The position numbers were made by a program, and so were the translations under genes. DNA of 64,000 bases from Thermodesulfovibrionia bacterium (GTDB taxonomy: Bacteria; Nitrospirota; Thermodesulfovibrionia; UBA6902): NCBI GenBank assembly GCA_020053105.1, contig JAGVNU010000084.1:65133-129132 (forward strand), written 5' to 3'. Below the pieces are notes generated by a model. The model worked only from the letters and a program-made list of their open reading frames with translations. It was not told where the DNA came from and ran no database searches. The stretch's first letter is position 1, and every line of letters starts with the position of its first letter. This document shows, piece by piece, positions 53,038 to 62,200 of the stretch.

Positions 53038-55155
53038 CTACTCCTTCTCATGAACAGCCCCATCCATATATCTCATGACGTCATCATAATCTTTCCTGAT
53101 CTTTTCGTACATGGTGGCATTTTCTATCGCGGTCCCGCACTGCTCAGCTAGTGAAGAGGCAAACTCTATTTCCTGCTTTGAAAAATTTCTCGCCTCACCG
53201 GTCAGAAGCCTCAGTATGCCAAGCACTTTACCCCTGGCAATAACCGGTAGAGTAAGCATGCTCTTTATCCCTTCTTCTTCGGCTTCTTTCTTGTAGCGTA
53301 TTCTGTGGTCCGTTGGGACATCATAAATGGCAACAGGGTTTTCTTTCAATGCTTCGGTGACATTCTTCTCAGCATCGACAGGACCTTTCTTCAGGTATTT
53401 TTCGCTAAGGCCGTGTGAGGCCACGAGTTTCAGTTTCTTTCCTGAAGGATCCAGCAGTCGCACTGTAGCTGCCTTTAAATGCATGACCTCGGGGATCTTC
53501 CTTGCGATCATATCAAGGACTTCATTGACATTCAAGGAAGCACTCACTGCTTTGGAAATTTCCTGAAAGACCCTGAGATATTCTTTTTCCCTGGAGATCT
53601 CTTTTTCAAAGTACTTTGCATTGACGATTGCGATAGCGGTCTGCTCAGCTATTGCGGACATGAATTTGAGGTCCGCGTCCTTATATTTGACCGGCTTGGT
53701 TGTATAGAGTCTTAGCACCCCGATGACCTCCTGCTGAAAAAACATGGGGATGGACAGAATGCTCCTGATGCCTTCCTTCACGGCCTCATGATAGTACTTT
53801 GAATCTCTGTGCTCTGTAATGTCGTACTCCGAAACCGGTTTGCCGGCAAGGGCGTCATCAATACTGGCGTCATATGACACCGGCCCTTTGTTGGCATAAT
53901 TTTCACTCAATCCGTAATACGCGGCAAGCTCCAGCTGCTTTGTGTCTTTGTTTAAAAGCCGGAGTGAAGCGCCTTTCAACCCCATCACCTGCGGGATTTT
54001 TTGAGCGATCATATCCAGCACTTCTTTTAAATTCAGGGTGGAGCTTACGGCCTTTGTAATTTCCTCAAAGACCCTGAGATATTCTTTTTCCCTGGACACG
54101 GCCCTTTCAAAGCGTCTGGCGTTTACAATCGCGATCGCGCCCTGTTCCGCAATCGCGGATATGAATTTCAGGTCTTCGTCAGTATATTTCACCGGCTCAG
54201 TGGTATACATCCTGAGTATTCCTATTACCTGCTTCTCAAAACGCAATGGGATGGAAAGGATGCTCCTTATGCCCTCTTCCAGAGCCTCGCTATAATATTT
54301 TGAATCTTTATGCTCTGCCATATCATAGACAGACACCGGCATCCCGGCAAGCGCGTCGTCAATGCTTGCATCATAGGCAACCGGGCCTTTATTGACGTAT
54401 TTTTCGCTGAGTCCGTAATGCGCCGCAACTTCCAATTGCTTCGTCTCCTTGTTAAGCAGCCTGAGCAGGCTAGCCTTGACATTCATGACTTTGACGACAT
54501 TTGTCGCGATCAACTGCAGGACTTCGTCAAGGGATATGCTGGCGCTTATTGATTTGCATATTTTCTGATAACTTTCGAGATAGACTTTTTTCTCAAATAT
54601 TTTCTCAGCGCACGACGGGCACATGCCGTGAGTGAAAATGCCGAAGCCTTCATTTGTGAGATACGTTTCGAGCTGTTCCCAGTAGTCCTCATTGCTCCTG
54701 ATCTTTTTGCACCAGCCGCATATGGGGATCAGCCTTTCCTTCCTCTCGGACTTCAGCCGCTGTTCCACGGCCCTGGTAAGATGAGAAATGTCCCTGAAGG
54801 TTGCCACTACGCCTGTCATTTTACCTTTTTCATAAAACGGAGCGGCGCTCTCTTCAACGGGTATTTTATTATTGTCTTGTGTCTTCATGAAAAAGGTTCT
54901 GCTGATGATCTTTCTTTCCTGAAGGCAAAGGGAAACCGGGTATTCGAAAGGCTGCAACGTATTGTCCCCTTCACCTTCAAACTTGATATAACCCCCATCA
55001 ATGGCCTTACCGACTATCTGGTCAGAGGTTATTCCTGTCAGATGTTCCGCGGCCCTGTTCCAGTACTGTACCTTCTGGTTCAGATCGACAAAGTACATGC
55101 CGTCTGTCATGCTGTCAAGTATGTCACGATATTTTATCCGGTACCAGCTGAACAT
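53038..55155 (-). CDS. PAS domain, Cys4 module and three tandem GAF domains; sensor protein without a recognisable output domain
   Basis: PAS is MTDGMYFVDLNQKVQYWNRAAEHLTG. The Cys motif is ICGWCKKIR...THGMCPSC. Three units of about 167 aa follow, GAF-like by pattern recognition only (for example IGILRMYTTEP, VIGVLRLYTTKP, VLGILRLLTGEA). Confidence 0.8.
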   Translation of the reverse strand: MFSWYRIKYRDILDSMTDGMYFVDLNQKVQYWNRAAEHLTGITSDQIVGKAIDGGYIKFEGEGDNTLQPFEYPVSLCLQERKIISRTFFMKTQDNNKIPVEESAAPFYEKGKMTGVVATFRDISHLTRAVEQRLKSERKERLIPICGWCKKIRSNEDYWEQLETYLTNEGFGIFTHGMCPSCAEKIFEKKVYLESYQKICKSISASISLDEVLQLIATNVVKVMNVKASLLRLLNKETKQLEVAAHYGLSEKYVNKGPVAYDASIDDALAGMPVSVYDMAEHKDSKYYSEALEEGIRSILSIPLRFEKQVIGILRMYTTEPVKYTDEDLKFISAIAEQGAIAIVNARRFERAVSREKEYLRVFEEITKAVSSTLNLKEVLDMIAQKIPQVMGLKGASLRLLNKDTKQLELAAYYGLSENYANKGPVSYDASIDDALAGKPVSEYDITEHRDSKYYHEAVKEGIRSILSIPMFFQQEVIGVLRLYTTKPVKYKDADLKFMSAIAEQTAIAIVNAKYFEKEISREKEYLRVFQEISKAVSASLNVNEVLDMIARKIPEVMHLKAATVRLLDPSGKKLKLVASHGLSEKYLKKGPVDAEKNVTEALKENPVAIYDVPTDHRIRYKKEAEEEGIKSMLTLPVIARGKVLGILRLLTGEARNFSKQEIEFASSLAEQCGTAIENATMYEKIRKDYDDVMRYMDGAVHEKE

Positions 55156-55244
55156 AATAACCTGTGATCTCCTTAAAAAATATAATTATAAATTTTACTA
55201 TATCAAGAAGTAAAAATCAGAAATGGGCTGACTGTGGCTTAGCT

Positions 55245-56162
55245 CTACTCCGCAGCGAACACGACGTTCTTCGTTGAGAACTTGCCGTGGTAAAGCGCCT
55301 TGTCAGCAATCGCGAGCAGTTCTTCCTTGTTTTTTGCGTTGACGGGAAAAGAGGCAACGCCAAAACTTGCGGTTATTCTGACGGGATGGTCCTCACTCTT
55401 CAAAAAAACGCTTTTTTCAATTGTCTTTCTCAATCTGTCAGCAACCATGAAGCATGAATCCTTTGAGGTCTGGGGCATTATTATCACGAACTCGTCCCCG
55501 CCGTAGCGTATTATTATATCAACCTTTCTCAGATTTTCCTGAAGCACACGGGCGGTTTCTATAAGCACCCTGCTCCCAGTGAGATGACCGAATCTGTCGT
55601 TGACTTTCTTAAGGTCGTCGATGTCCATAAAAATCAGCGAAAAGATCGATCCGAAACGATGCGACCTCTCTATCTCGATATCAATCGACTGATTGAGAAA
55701 TCGGATATTATAGAGGCCGGTAAGGTCGTCAGTCAGCGATATTTCTTCTATCTTTTCCTGCTTGGCCTTTATCTCCGCCCTGAGCGCGCTGTTTTCCTCC
55801 ATAAGTGTTTTGATATTCAGAAGCTTCCCGGCCCAGGAAACAAATTCGGGGAATGAAAGAGGCCCCCTGACAGGGACAGCGTATTTGTCGTTGAGCCACA
55901 GGGTCTTATCATAAGAACCATCTTTGCCCAATAAATAAATCTTCGGCTTATCAGCGGAATTATTTCTGAAACCGGCCGAATTTACTATAGCGGAAGAATT
56001 GTCCAGGTCGATGACAATCATATCAACATCGTTGTTTTTCAAAAAGCGAAGCGCTGTTTTGATGTCTCGAGCGTGCGTTAATTCATATTTTTTCTTTGCC
56101 AGGGATTTTTTGAAGTTGTGGACAGAGGATGTACCTTTGTCAATAAGCAGGATTTTAGGCAT
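55245..56162 (-). CDS. response-regulator receiver plus GGDEF diguanylate cyclase
   Basis: N-terminal REC-like fold (MIVIDLD), a coiled linker, and the active site [11 protein letters not shown]. Confidence 0.85.
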   Translation of the reverse strand: MPKILLIDKGTSSVHNFKKSLAKKKYELTHARDIKTALRFLKNNDVDMIVIDLDNSSAIVNSAGFRNNSADKPKIYLLGKDGSYDKTLWLNDKYAVPVRGPLSFPEFVSWAGKLLNIKTLMEENSALRAEIKAKQEKIEEISLTDDLTGLYNIRFLNQSIDIEIERSHRFGSIFSLIFMDIDDLKKVNDRFGHLTGSRVLIETARVLQENLRKVDIIIRYGGDEFVIIMPQTSKDSCFMVADRLRKTIEKSVFLKSEDHPVRITASFGVASFPVNAKNKEELLAIADKALYHGKFSTKNVVFAAE

Positions 56163-58833
56163 TTACACCACAGCACTTCTTGTATTTCTTGCCGCTTCCG
56201 CAAACGCAGGGATCGTTTCTCCCTATCCTTTTATCTTTGACGACTGTCTGCGGTTTGGCGCTTTCTCCTCCGCTGCCCCTGCCGTATACCATTCTGGCGG
56301 GTCTTGGAGCGAATTTTTTCTCCACAGTGTCTTCTCTTGCGATCTGGACTTTCATCAGTCTTGCAATGACCTCTGATGATACCCTGTCGCTTAAGCTTGA
56401 AAAAATTTCAAAGGCCTCTTTTTTGTACTCAATTAAAGGATCTCTCTGTCCGTATCCCCTGAGGCCCACGCCTTCTTTTAAATGGTCCATGCTCAGGAGA
56501 TGGTCTTTCCATTGTGTGTCGAGTACCTGGAGCAGGATCATTCTTTCAAGGTACCGGAATGTCTCGGCCCCTATTTCCTGCTCCTTGTTTTTATAAGTCC
56601 GGCTTATCTCTTCAAGGAGTTTATTCCGCAGCTCTTCCAGGACTGAGAGCTCAATTTCCGGGGAAATGGAAAACTGGCCATAGAGCGAGTCTTTAAGGCT
56701 CTTTAAATCCCACTCCTCCGGATGTTTGTTCTCCGGGCAGTGGACAGAGAGGACATCGTCAAGGACATTTTCCCTCATCTCGGCAATCCTGTCCTCCAAG
56801 CTGTCGGCGGCGAGTATCTCACGCCTGAATGAATAGATTTCGCTTCTCTGCATATTATTAACATCATCATATTCGAGGAGGTGCTTTCTGATATCAAAGT
56901 TATGGGCCTCGACCTTTTTCTGGGAAGATTCGATGGCCTTTGTGACCCACTTGTGTTCAATAGGCTGGTCTTCCTCCATGCCCAGTTTGCCCATGAGACC
57001 GGCGATCCTGTCTGATCCGAAGATCCGCATAAGGTCATCTTCAAGGGACAGATAGAACCTTGAGGATCCGGCGTCTCCCTGCCTGCCGGAACGGCCCCGG
57101 AGCTGATTGTCGATCCTTCGGGCCTCATGCCTTTCCGTGCCGAGTATGTGCAGGCCGCCTGCGGTAATGACTTGCTCCCGGTCCTTCTCGCAAATTTCTC
57201 GGGCCTTTACCAAGGTCAAGTTAAATTCCTCGTCGGAGTATTCCTTTTTTTCCCGTAACATGTCCTTTGCAAGGCCTAGTGGGTTCCCCCCGAGAACAAT
57301 ATCAGTGCCTCGGCCCGCCATATTGGTAGCAATCGTTATCGCGCCTTTCCTGCCTGCCTGGGCAATTATCTCTGCCTCATTTTCATGATACTTGGCATTC
57401 AGCACTGAGTGAGGTATCTTTTTCTTCTTCAGCAGGGAGCTGAGGACCTCGGATTTTTCAATCGATATCGTGCCTACCAGTACGGGCTGTCCTCTTTTAT
57501 AACAGTCTTCTATCTCGTTAATGACGGCGTTGAATTTTCCGGTTTCGGCTTTATAAATTACATCTGGGTTATCGACCCTGATCATAGGTTTATTTGTAGG
57601 GATTACAAGCACATCAAGGTTATATATCTTTGCAAACTCCGCGGCCTCTGTATAGGCAGTGCCTGTCATGCCGGAGAGTTTGTTATACATCCTGAAATAA
57701 TTCTGAAAGGTGATGGTGGCAAGGGTCTGGTTCTCGCTTGCTATCTTAACGCCTTCCTTGGCTTCTATCGCCTGGTGAAGTCCGTCGGACCATCGCCGGC
57801 CCGGCATGAGACGGCCAGTAAATTCATCTACGATAATGACTTCATCGTCCTTCACAATATAATCCACGTCTCTCTTAAAGAGGGCATGCGCCCGCAGGCC
57901 CTGATTTACATGATGGACCAGTTCAACGTTTGCCGGATCATAGAGGTTGCCTGCACCGAGCAGCTTTTCAACTTTGATGTTTCCCTCCTCTGTGAGAATA
58001 GTGCTCTTGGCCTTTTCATCTATAGTGTAATCTTCATCCTTAATGAGCTTGGGGATTATCTTGTCGATTTTATAATACTTGTCCGTTGATTCTTCAGAAG
58101 GCCCTGAAATTATCAGGGGAGTTCTTGCCTCGTCTATCAGTATGCTGTCTACCTCGTCTACAATAGCGTAATTCAGTTCCCTCTGCACATAATCATTTAT
58201 GTGGTACTTCATGTTGTCTCTTAAGTAGTCAAATCCAAATTCATTGTTCGTCCCGTATGTTATATCTGCGGCATAGGCCTCATTTCTGCCCACGGGTCTT
58301 AAATATTTCAACCTGCTGTCTTCTGAATGATAAGAGGGGTCATAAATAAAAGAGCTGTCATGCTGGATAATCCCTACGGTTAGTCCATGAAAATGATAAA
58401 GAGGACACATCCATTGCGCATCCCTTTTTGCGAGGTAATCATTGACGGTAATAATATGTGCGCCTCTGCCGTCAAGCGCATTCAGATATACGGACAGGGT
58501 GCCCACAAGTGTCTTGCCCTCACCGGTCTTCATCTCTGCGATTTTCCCCTGGTGCAGGACAATGCCGCCGATCAACTGGACGTCAAAATGCCGCATGTTG
58601 AGGACCCTGCGCGAAGTTTCCCTGACCACTGCAAATGCCTCAGGAAGGATATTGTCCAGACTCTCTTCGTCAACAATTTTCTTTCGGAATTCATCGGTCT
58701 TGCCCTTCAGCTCAGCATCGCCAAGGGCGCTGATTGACGGCTCAAGGATATTAATCTGCTCTGCGATCTCCCAGAGCTTTTTAATGTCTCTCTCGTTTTT
58801 TGTGCCTATAATCTTTGCTAAAAAATCAAACAT
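56155..58833 (-). CDS. secA: preprotein translocase ATPase SecA
   Basis: Start trimmed to [20 protein letters not shown]. Also shows [29 protein letters not shown], and the C-terminal zinc motif [14 protein letters not shown]. Confidence 0.95.
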   Translation of the reverse strand: MFDFLAKIIGTKNERDIKKLWEIAEQINILEPSISALGDAELKGKTDEFRKKIVDEESLDNILPEAFAVVRETSRRVLNMRHFDVQLIGGIVLHQGKIAEMKTGEGKTLVGTLSVYLNALDGRGAHIITVNDYLAKRDAQWMCPLYHFHGLTVGIIQHDSSFIYDPSYHSEDSRLKYLRPVGRNEAYAADITYGTNNEFGFDYLRDNMKYHINDYVQRELNYAIVDEVDSILIDEARTPLIISGPSEESTDKYYKIDKIIPKLIKDEDYTIDEKAKSTILTEEGNIKVEKLLGAGNLYDPANVELVHHVNQGLRAHALFKRDVDYIVKDDEVIIVDEFTGRLMPGRRWSDGLHQAIEAKEGVKIASENQTLATITFQNYFRMYNKLSGMTGTAYTEAAEFAKIYNLDVLVIPTNKPMIRVDNPDVIYKAETGKFNAVINEIEDCYKRGQPVLVGTISIEKSEVLSSLLKKKKIPHSVLNAKYHENEAEIIAQAGRKGAITIATNMAGRGTDIVLGGNPLGLAKDMLREKKEYSDEEFNLTLVKAREICEKDREQVITAGGLHILGTERHEARRIDNQLRGRSGRQGDAGSSRFYLSLEDDLMRIFGSDRIAGLMGKLGMEEDQPIEHKWVTKAIESSQKKVEAHNFDIRKHLLEYDDVNNMQRSEIYSFRREILAADSLEDRIAEMRENVLDDVLSVHCPENKHPEEWDLKSLKDSLYGQFSISPEIELSVLEELRNKLLEEISRTYKNKEQEIGAETFRYLERMILLQVLDTQWKDHLLSMDHLKEGVGLRGYGQRDPLIEYKKEAFEIFSSLSDRVSSEVIARLMKVQIAREDTVEKKFAPRPARMVYGRGSGGESAKPQTVVKDKRIGRNDPCVCGSGKKYKKCCGVNA

Positions 58834-59034
58834 GGTTTTTATTATAACAAAAACACTATTATTAACATATGGTGTTGCAACAGGCGGATTCAACCGGTAT
58901 TGGATCATGACTGTTACATTAAATTCTAACGGTCCAGCAGGGCTGCGAGGAATTGTTTGATTAAATTACCAAATAAAGTTCTGCTTCTTGAATTATAAAT
59001 TCAGGCAATATACAATATCTCATTATTCCAACGT

Positions 59035-59109
<75 letters not shown>

Positions 59110-59212
59110 AATAGTAGAATTCCTGCAAGGTTCTCACGGCAAGAAAAAATAAACGAGGGAAAAGAGTGTTTGCAGCTATTGATTCATCTGAAAAAAACTC
59201 AGCGGTCTGTTG

Positions 59213-59242
59213 AAAAAGCAGGCCCTGCCAGTCAGGGCCTGC
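59213..59242 (-). terminator. intrinsic terminator of the cold-shock gene
   Basis: 10-bp stem gcaggccctg / cagggcctgc, followed on the minus strand by TTTTT. Confidence 0.7.
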
Positions 59243-59251
59243 CTGCATTGA

Positions 59252-59455
59252 TTATAGCTTTTCGATATTTGTTGCCTTCAGGCCCTTATCGCCTTCGACA
59301 ACATCAAAGCTCACCTTATCACCTTCGGTAAGGTTTTTAAAACCATCCCCCTTGATCTCTGAATAGTGAGCGAAAACATCAGGCCCCCCATTCTCCTGGG
59401 TTATGAAACCAAAACCCTTGGACTCATTGAACCATTTTACAGTTCCCTTTGCCAT
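59252..59455 (-). CDS. cspA: cold-shock protein (CspA family)
   Basis: [15 protein letters not shown] (RNP1) and DVFAHYS (RNP2), 67 aa. Confidence 0.95.
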   Translation of the reverse strand: MAKGTVKWFNESKGFGFITQENGGPDVFAHYSEIKGDGFKNLTEGDKVSFDVVEGDKGLKATNIEKL

Positions 59456-59644
59456 TCTTACTTCCTCCTTGCTTGATAAGCTGGATCCCCGCGGAATCCA
59501 GCGCTTAATAAAACGGCCACAAAGTTAAAAGTCTTTGTGGCCCTATGTGTCACAACACCTGAAACTTATTATCAATGATGCCATCTTTTATTCTGAAAAG
59601 TCAATGACAATTTTCCGATCTTATTTTATAATTATCCTATTGTT

Positions 59645-59905
59645 ATGGATAAAGATTTTATAGCTGCTATCGGATTACTCGCGGGGGCCTGCACAACTCT
59701 ATCTTTTTTGCCTCAGGCAATTAAGACCTTCAAGATGAAAGAAACAAGAGATATTTCACTGTCTATGTACATAATCCTTGCAGCAGGCATTCTGTTATGG
59801 ATAATATATGGCATATTAATTCATGATCTTCCGGTAATTCTGGCAAACTCGATTTCTTTTGCCTTTGCAAGTCTTATAATAATTCTCAAAGTCAAACACG
59901 GATAA
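59645..59905 (+). CDS. SemiSWEET / PQ-loop family small transporter
   Basis: Three TM helices in 86 aa, with the PQ motif (SFLPQAIKTFK). Confidence 0.7.
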   Translation: MDKDFIAAIGLLAGACTTLSFLPQAIKTFKMKETRDISLSMYIILAAGILLWIIYGILIHDLPVILANSISFAFASLIIILKVKHG

Positions 59906-59929
59906 TCAAAATTTGCGTCTTTCTGTATT

Positions 59930-60247
59930 ATGATAGTAGCGATGGATTATTTTATCTCAACGGCCACTGATCAGGAGATCAAGAAAGAAAAACAGAAGGC
60001 TAGAGACCTTCGTAAGACACAGTGGTGGAAGGAGAAATGTGCCGAACGTAAGTGTTATTACTGCGGGACGGAAACTGCACCTGAAGATCTGACCATGGAC
60101 CATATTGTTCCCGTTATACGGGGGGGTAAGTCAGCAAAGAATAACGTTGTGCCGGCGTGCAAGGAGTGTAATAGTAAAAAGAAGCACTCCCTTCCCTTCG
60201 AATGGGCAGAATACATGCAAAGGGTGAAAAAAGAAACGATTGAATAA
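59930..60247 (+). CDS. small HNH endonuclease
   Basis: CYYCG...DHIVPVIRGGKSAKNNVVPACKECNSKK. Confidence 0.8.
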   Translation: MIVAMDYFISTATDQEIKKEKQKARDLRKTQWWKEKCAERKCYYCGTETAPEDLTMDHIVPVIRGGKSAKNNVVPACKECNSKKKHSLPFEWAEYMQRVKKETIE

Positions 60248-60365
60248 AAAATCGGGACAGACAGTTTCCACTCTTTATCGGACCGGACAGTAAGGGCCTC
60301 TGGACTATGTCAAAATATGCACTGAAATCAAGATTGGAATTACAGTCATGAAATGCAGAATAGAT

Positions 60366-60788
60366 TCAGCATACCTGATTTTGGCTTAGCAGTTTGGTGC
60401 CATCCTTAAATAGGATCTCCATTTTATTAATCTGAATTACGGATAAGACGACGCCGACTCCGAATTTTGGATGGTCCAGTATCTCATCTTTCTGATAATT
60501 TTCATTAAAGCTGTATTTTCTGGCCCTGGACAGGTCGCCTCCGGTCAACCGGGACAGATATTCTTCATAGATTGCCCCCTTAACTCTTGTCTTGCGTACA
60601 GAGGGTTTTAATTTTGTACGGCTTGTTTCAGATGATTTGACACGATAGTTATGTTGTCCTTCACATGTATTACATTTGACTTTTTTAGGCATATTATCGA
60701 CCATGGCAACAATTGTATGGCCCAATTCCAGTTTGCATTTAGTACACCACGCTTCAATATATCCACCGGCTTCGAAATTCTCATTCAT
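60366..60788 (-). CDS. zinc-ribbon-containing hypothetical protein
   Basis: CTKCK...CNTCEG pairs at the N-terminus. No other motif. Confidence 0.5.
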   Translation of the reverse strand: MNENFEAGGYIEAWCTKCKLELGHTIVAMVDNMPKKVKCNTCEGQHNYRVKSSETSRTKLKPSVRKTRVKGAIYEEYLSRLTGGDLSRARKYSFNENYQKDEILDHPKFGVGVVLSVIQINKMEILFKDGTKLLSQNQVC

Positions 60789-60966
60789 ATTTTTATCCTT
60801 TAATAAATTAGTATTGTCAATTTATGAGAAAATTAACTCGCCCTTATTCTAACTTATATTTATGTAAATTCACTACAGCCCGAAGCCGACTGACTATCAC
60901 CTGCAAAACATTTTACCTCGGGCCATCACTCTTTATATACTCTTTTCCATTATAGTAAAGTTAATA

Positions 60967-62103
60967 ATGAGACTATTTTTAGTTGTGTTTTTCCTGATAT
61001 ATGGTTCCCTGCATCTCTATGGATTTCTGAAAGCAAAAGCCGCCCTGTCTCTGGGCCCTAAAGCATGCATTTCGCTGATTGTCTTTATGTCGGTCATGAC
61101 GTCTGCGCCTGTGATTATTCGCTATCTCGAAGGACATAAACTGGAATTCTTTGCAAGTCTTATGTCTTACACCGGCTATATATGGATGGGGGTCCTGATA
61201 TTGTTCTTCGCTTTCGCCATATGTATTGATGTTTACAGGCTGCTGCATTATCTGCTTAAACTTATAGTTCATACTGATCTATCTGCTATATCAATTTCCG
61301 TAAAGGCATCTTTCTTCATTCCACTTATAACTGCCCTGGCTGCGGGTTGTTACGGTTTTTTCGAGGCAAAGGATATACGGATTGAGTATTTAACTGTTAA
61401 GAGCCCCAGGATTCCTGCGGAAAGCAACGGTCTTAAAATTGTCCAGATATCTGATGTCCACATCGGATTAATTGTAAGGGAAGAGAGGCTGAAACGAATC
61501 GCTGAAATAGTAATGGCGGAATCGCCTGATATTGTGGTGTCAACTGGTGATTTCGTGGACGGACAGATAAACGGGCTTAAAGGGCTATCAGAAATATTTT
61601 TGAAAGTTGACCCTGTTTACGGTAAATATGCGATTACCGGCAATCACGAATATTATGCGGGACTTGATCAGGCGCTTGAGTTTACCCGAAGGGCAGGGTT
61701 TACCATTTTGAGAGGAGAAGCGGTTGAGGTCGCAGGTATTTATATTACGGGGGTTGATGACACTACAGTAAAACAGTTCGGAAGGTCCAATGGTAATTCT
61801 GAAAGGGAGCTGCTTTCTGGTCTTGACAGTAATAAATTTAAAATCCTGTTAAAGCACAGGCCTCTTGTCAGTAATGACGGTACCGGCCTGTTTGATTTGC
61901 AGCTTTCAGGGCATACGCATAAAGGACAGATATTCCCCTTCAGCCTTGTAACAAAACTTTACTATCCCAAACACGCAGGATTTTTAGATCTTAAGAACGG
62001 CTCTCACCTGTATGTCAGCCGCGGCAGCGGCACATGGGGGCCTCCGATACGTTTTCTGTCACCGCCGGAAGTAACAGTCATTGAACTGGAACATGCAGAT
62101 TAA
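60967..62103 (+). CDS. membrane-anchored metallophosphoesterase (paralog of 7339-8490)
   Basis: DVHIG, GDFVDG, GNHEYY and GHTHKGQ. The architecture matches the earlier copy. Confidence 0.85.
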   Translation: MRLFLVVFFLIYGSLHLYGFLKAKAALSLGPKACISLIVFMSVMTSAPVIIRYLEGHKLEFFASLMSYTGYIWMGVLILFFAFAICIDVYRLLHYLLKLIVHTDLSAISISVKASFFIPLITALAAGCYGFFEAKDIRIEYLTVKSPRIPAESNGLKIVQISDVHIGLIVREERLKRIAEIVMAESPDIVVSTGDFVDGQINGLKGLSEIFLKVDPVYGKYAITGNHEYYAGLDQALEFTRRAGFTILRGEAVEVAGIYITGVDDTTVKQFGRSNGNSERELLSGLDSNKFKILLKHRPLVSNDGTGLFDLQLSGHTHKGQIFPFSLVTKLYYPKHAGFLDLKNGSHLYVSRGSGTWGPPIRFLSPPEVTVIELEHAD

Positions 62104-62200
62104 ATTTGCCTGACGAAATTAACAGGAGAAGTTGATAAATCAGATGGTTAATTATAATATATCGCATAGTTGCTGACTTATGGGGACATGGAGGAATCAA

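Noticed and set aside
58834-58908. The 25-residue extension of the tracked secA ORF.
   Set aside because: SecA proteins start at MFDFLAKI-like sequences, and an ATG at 58833 gives that N-terminus.
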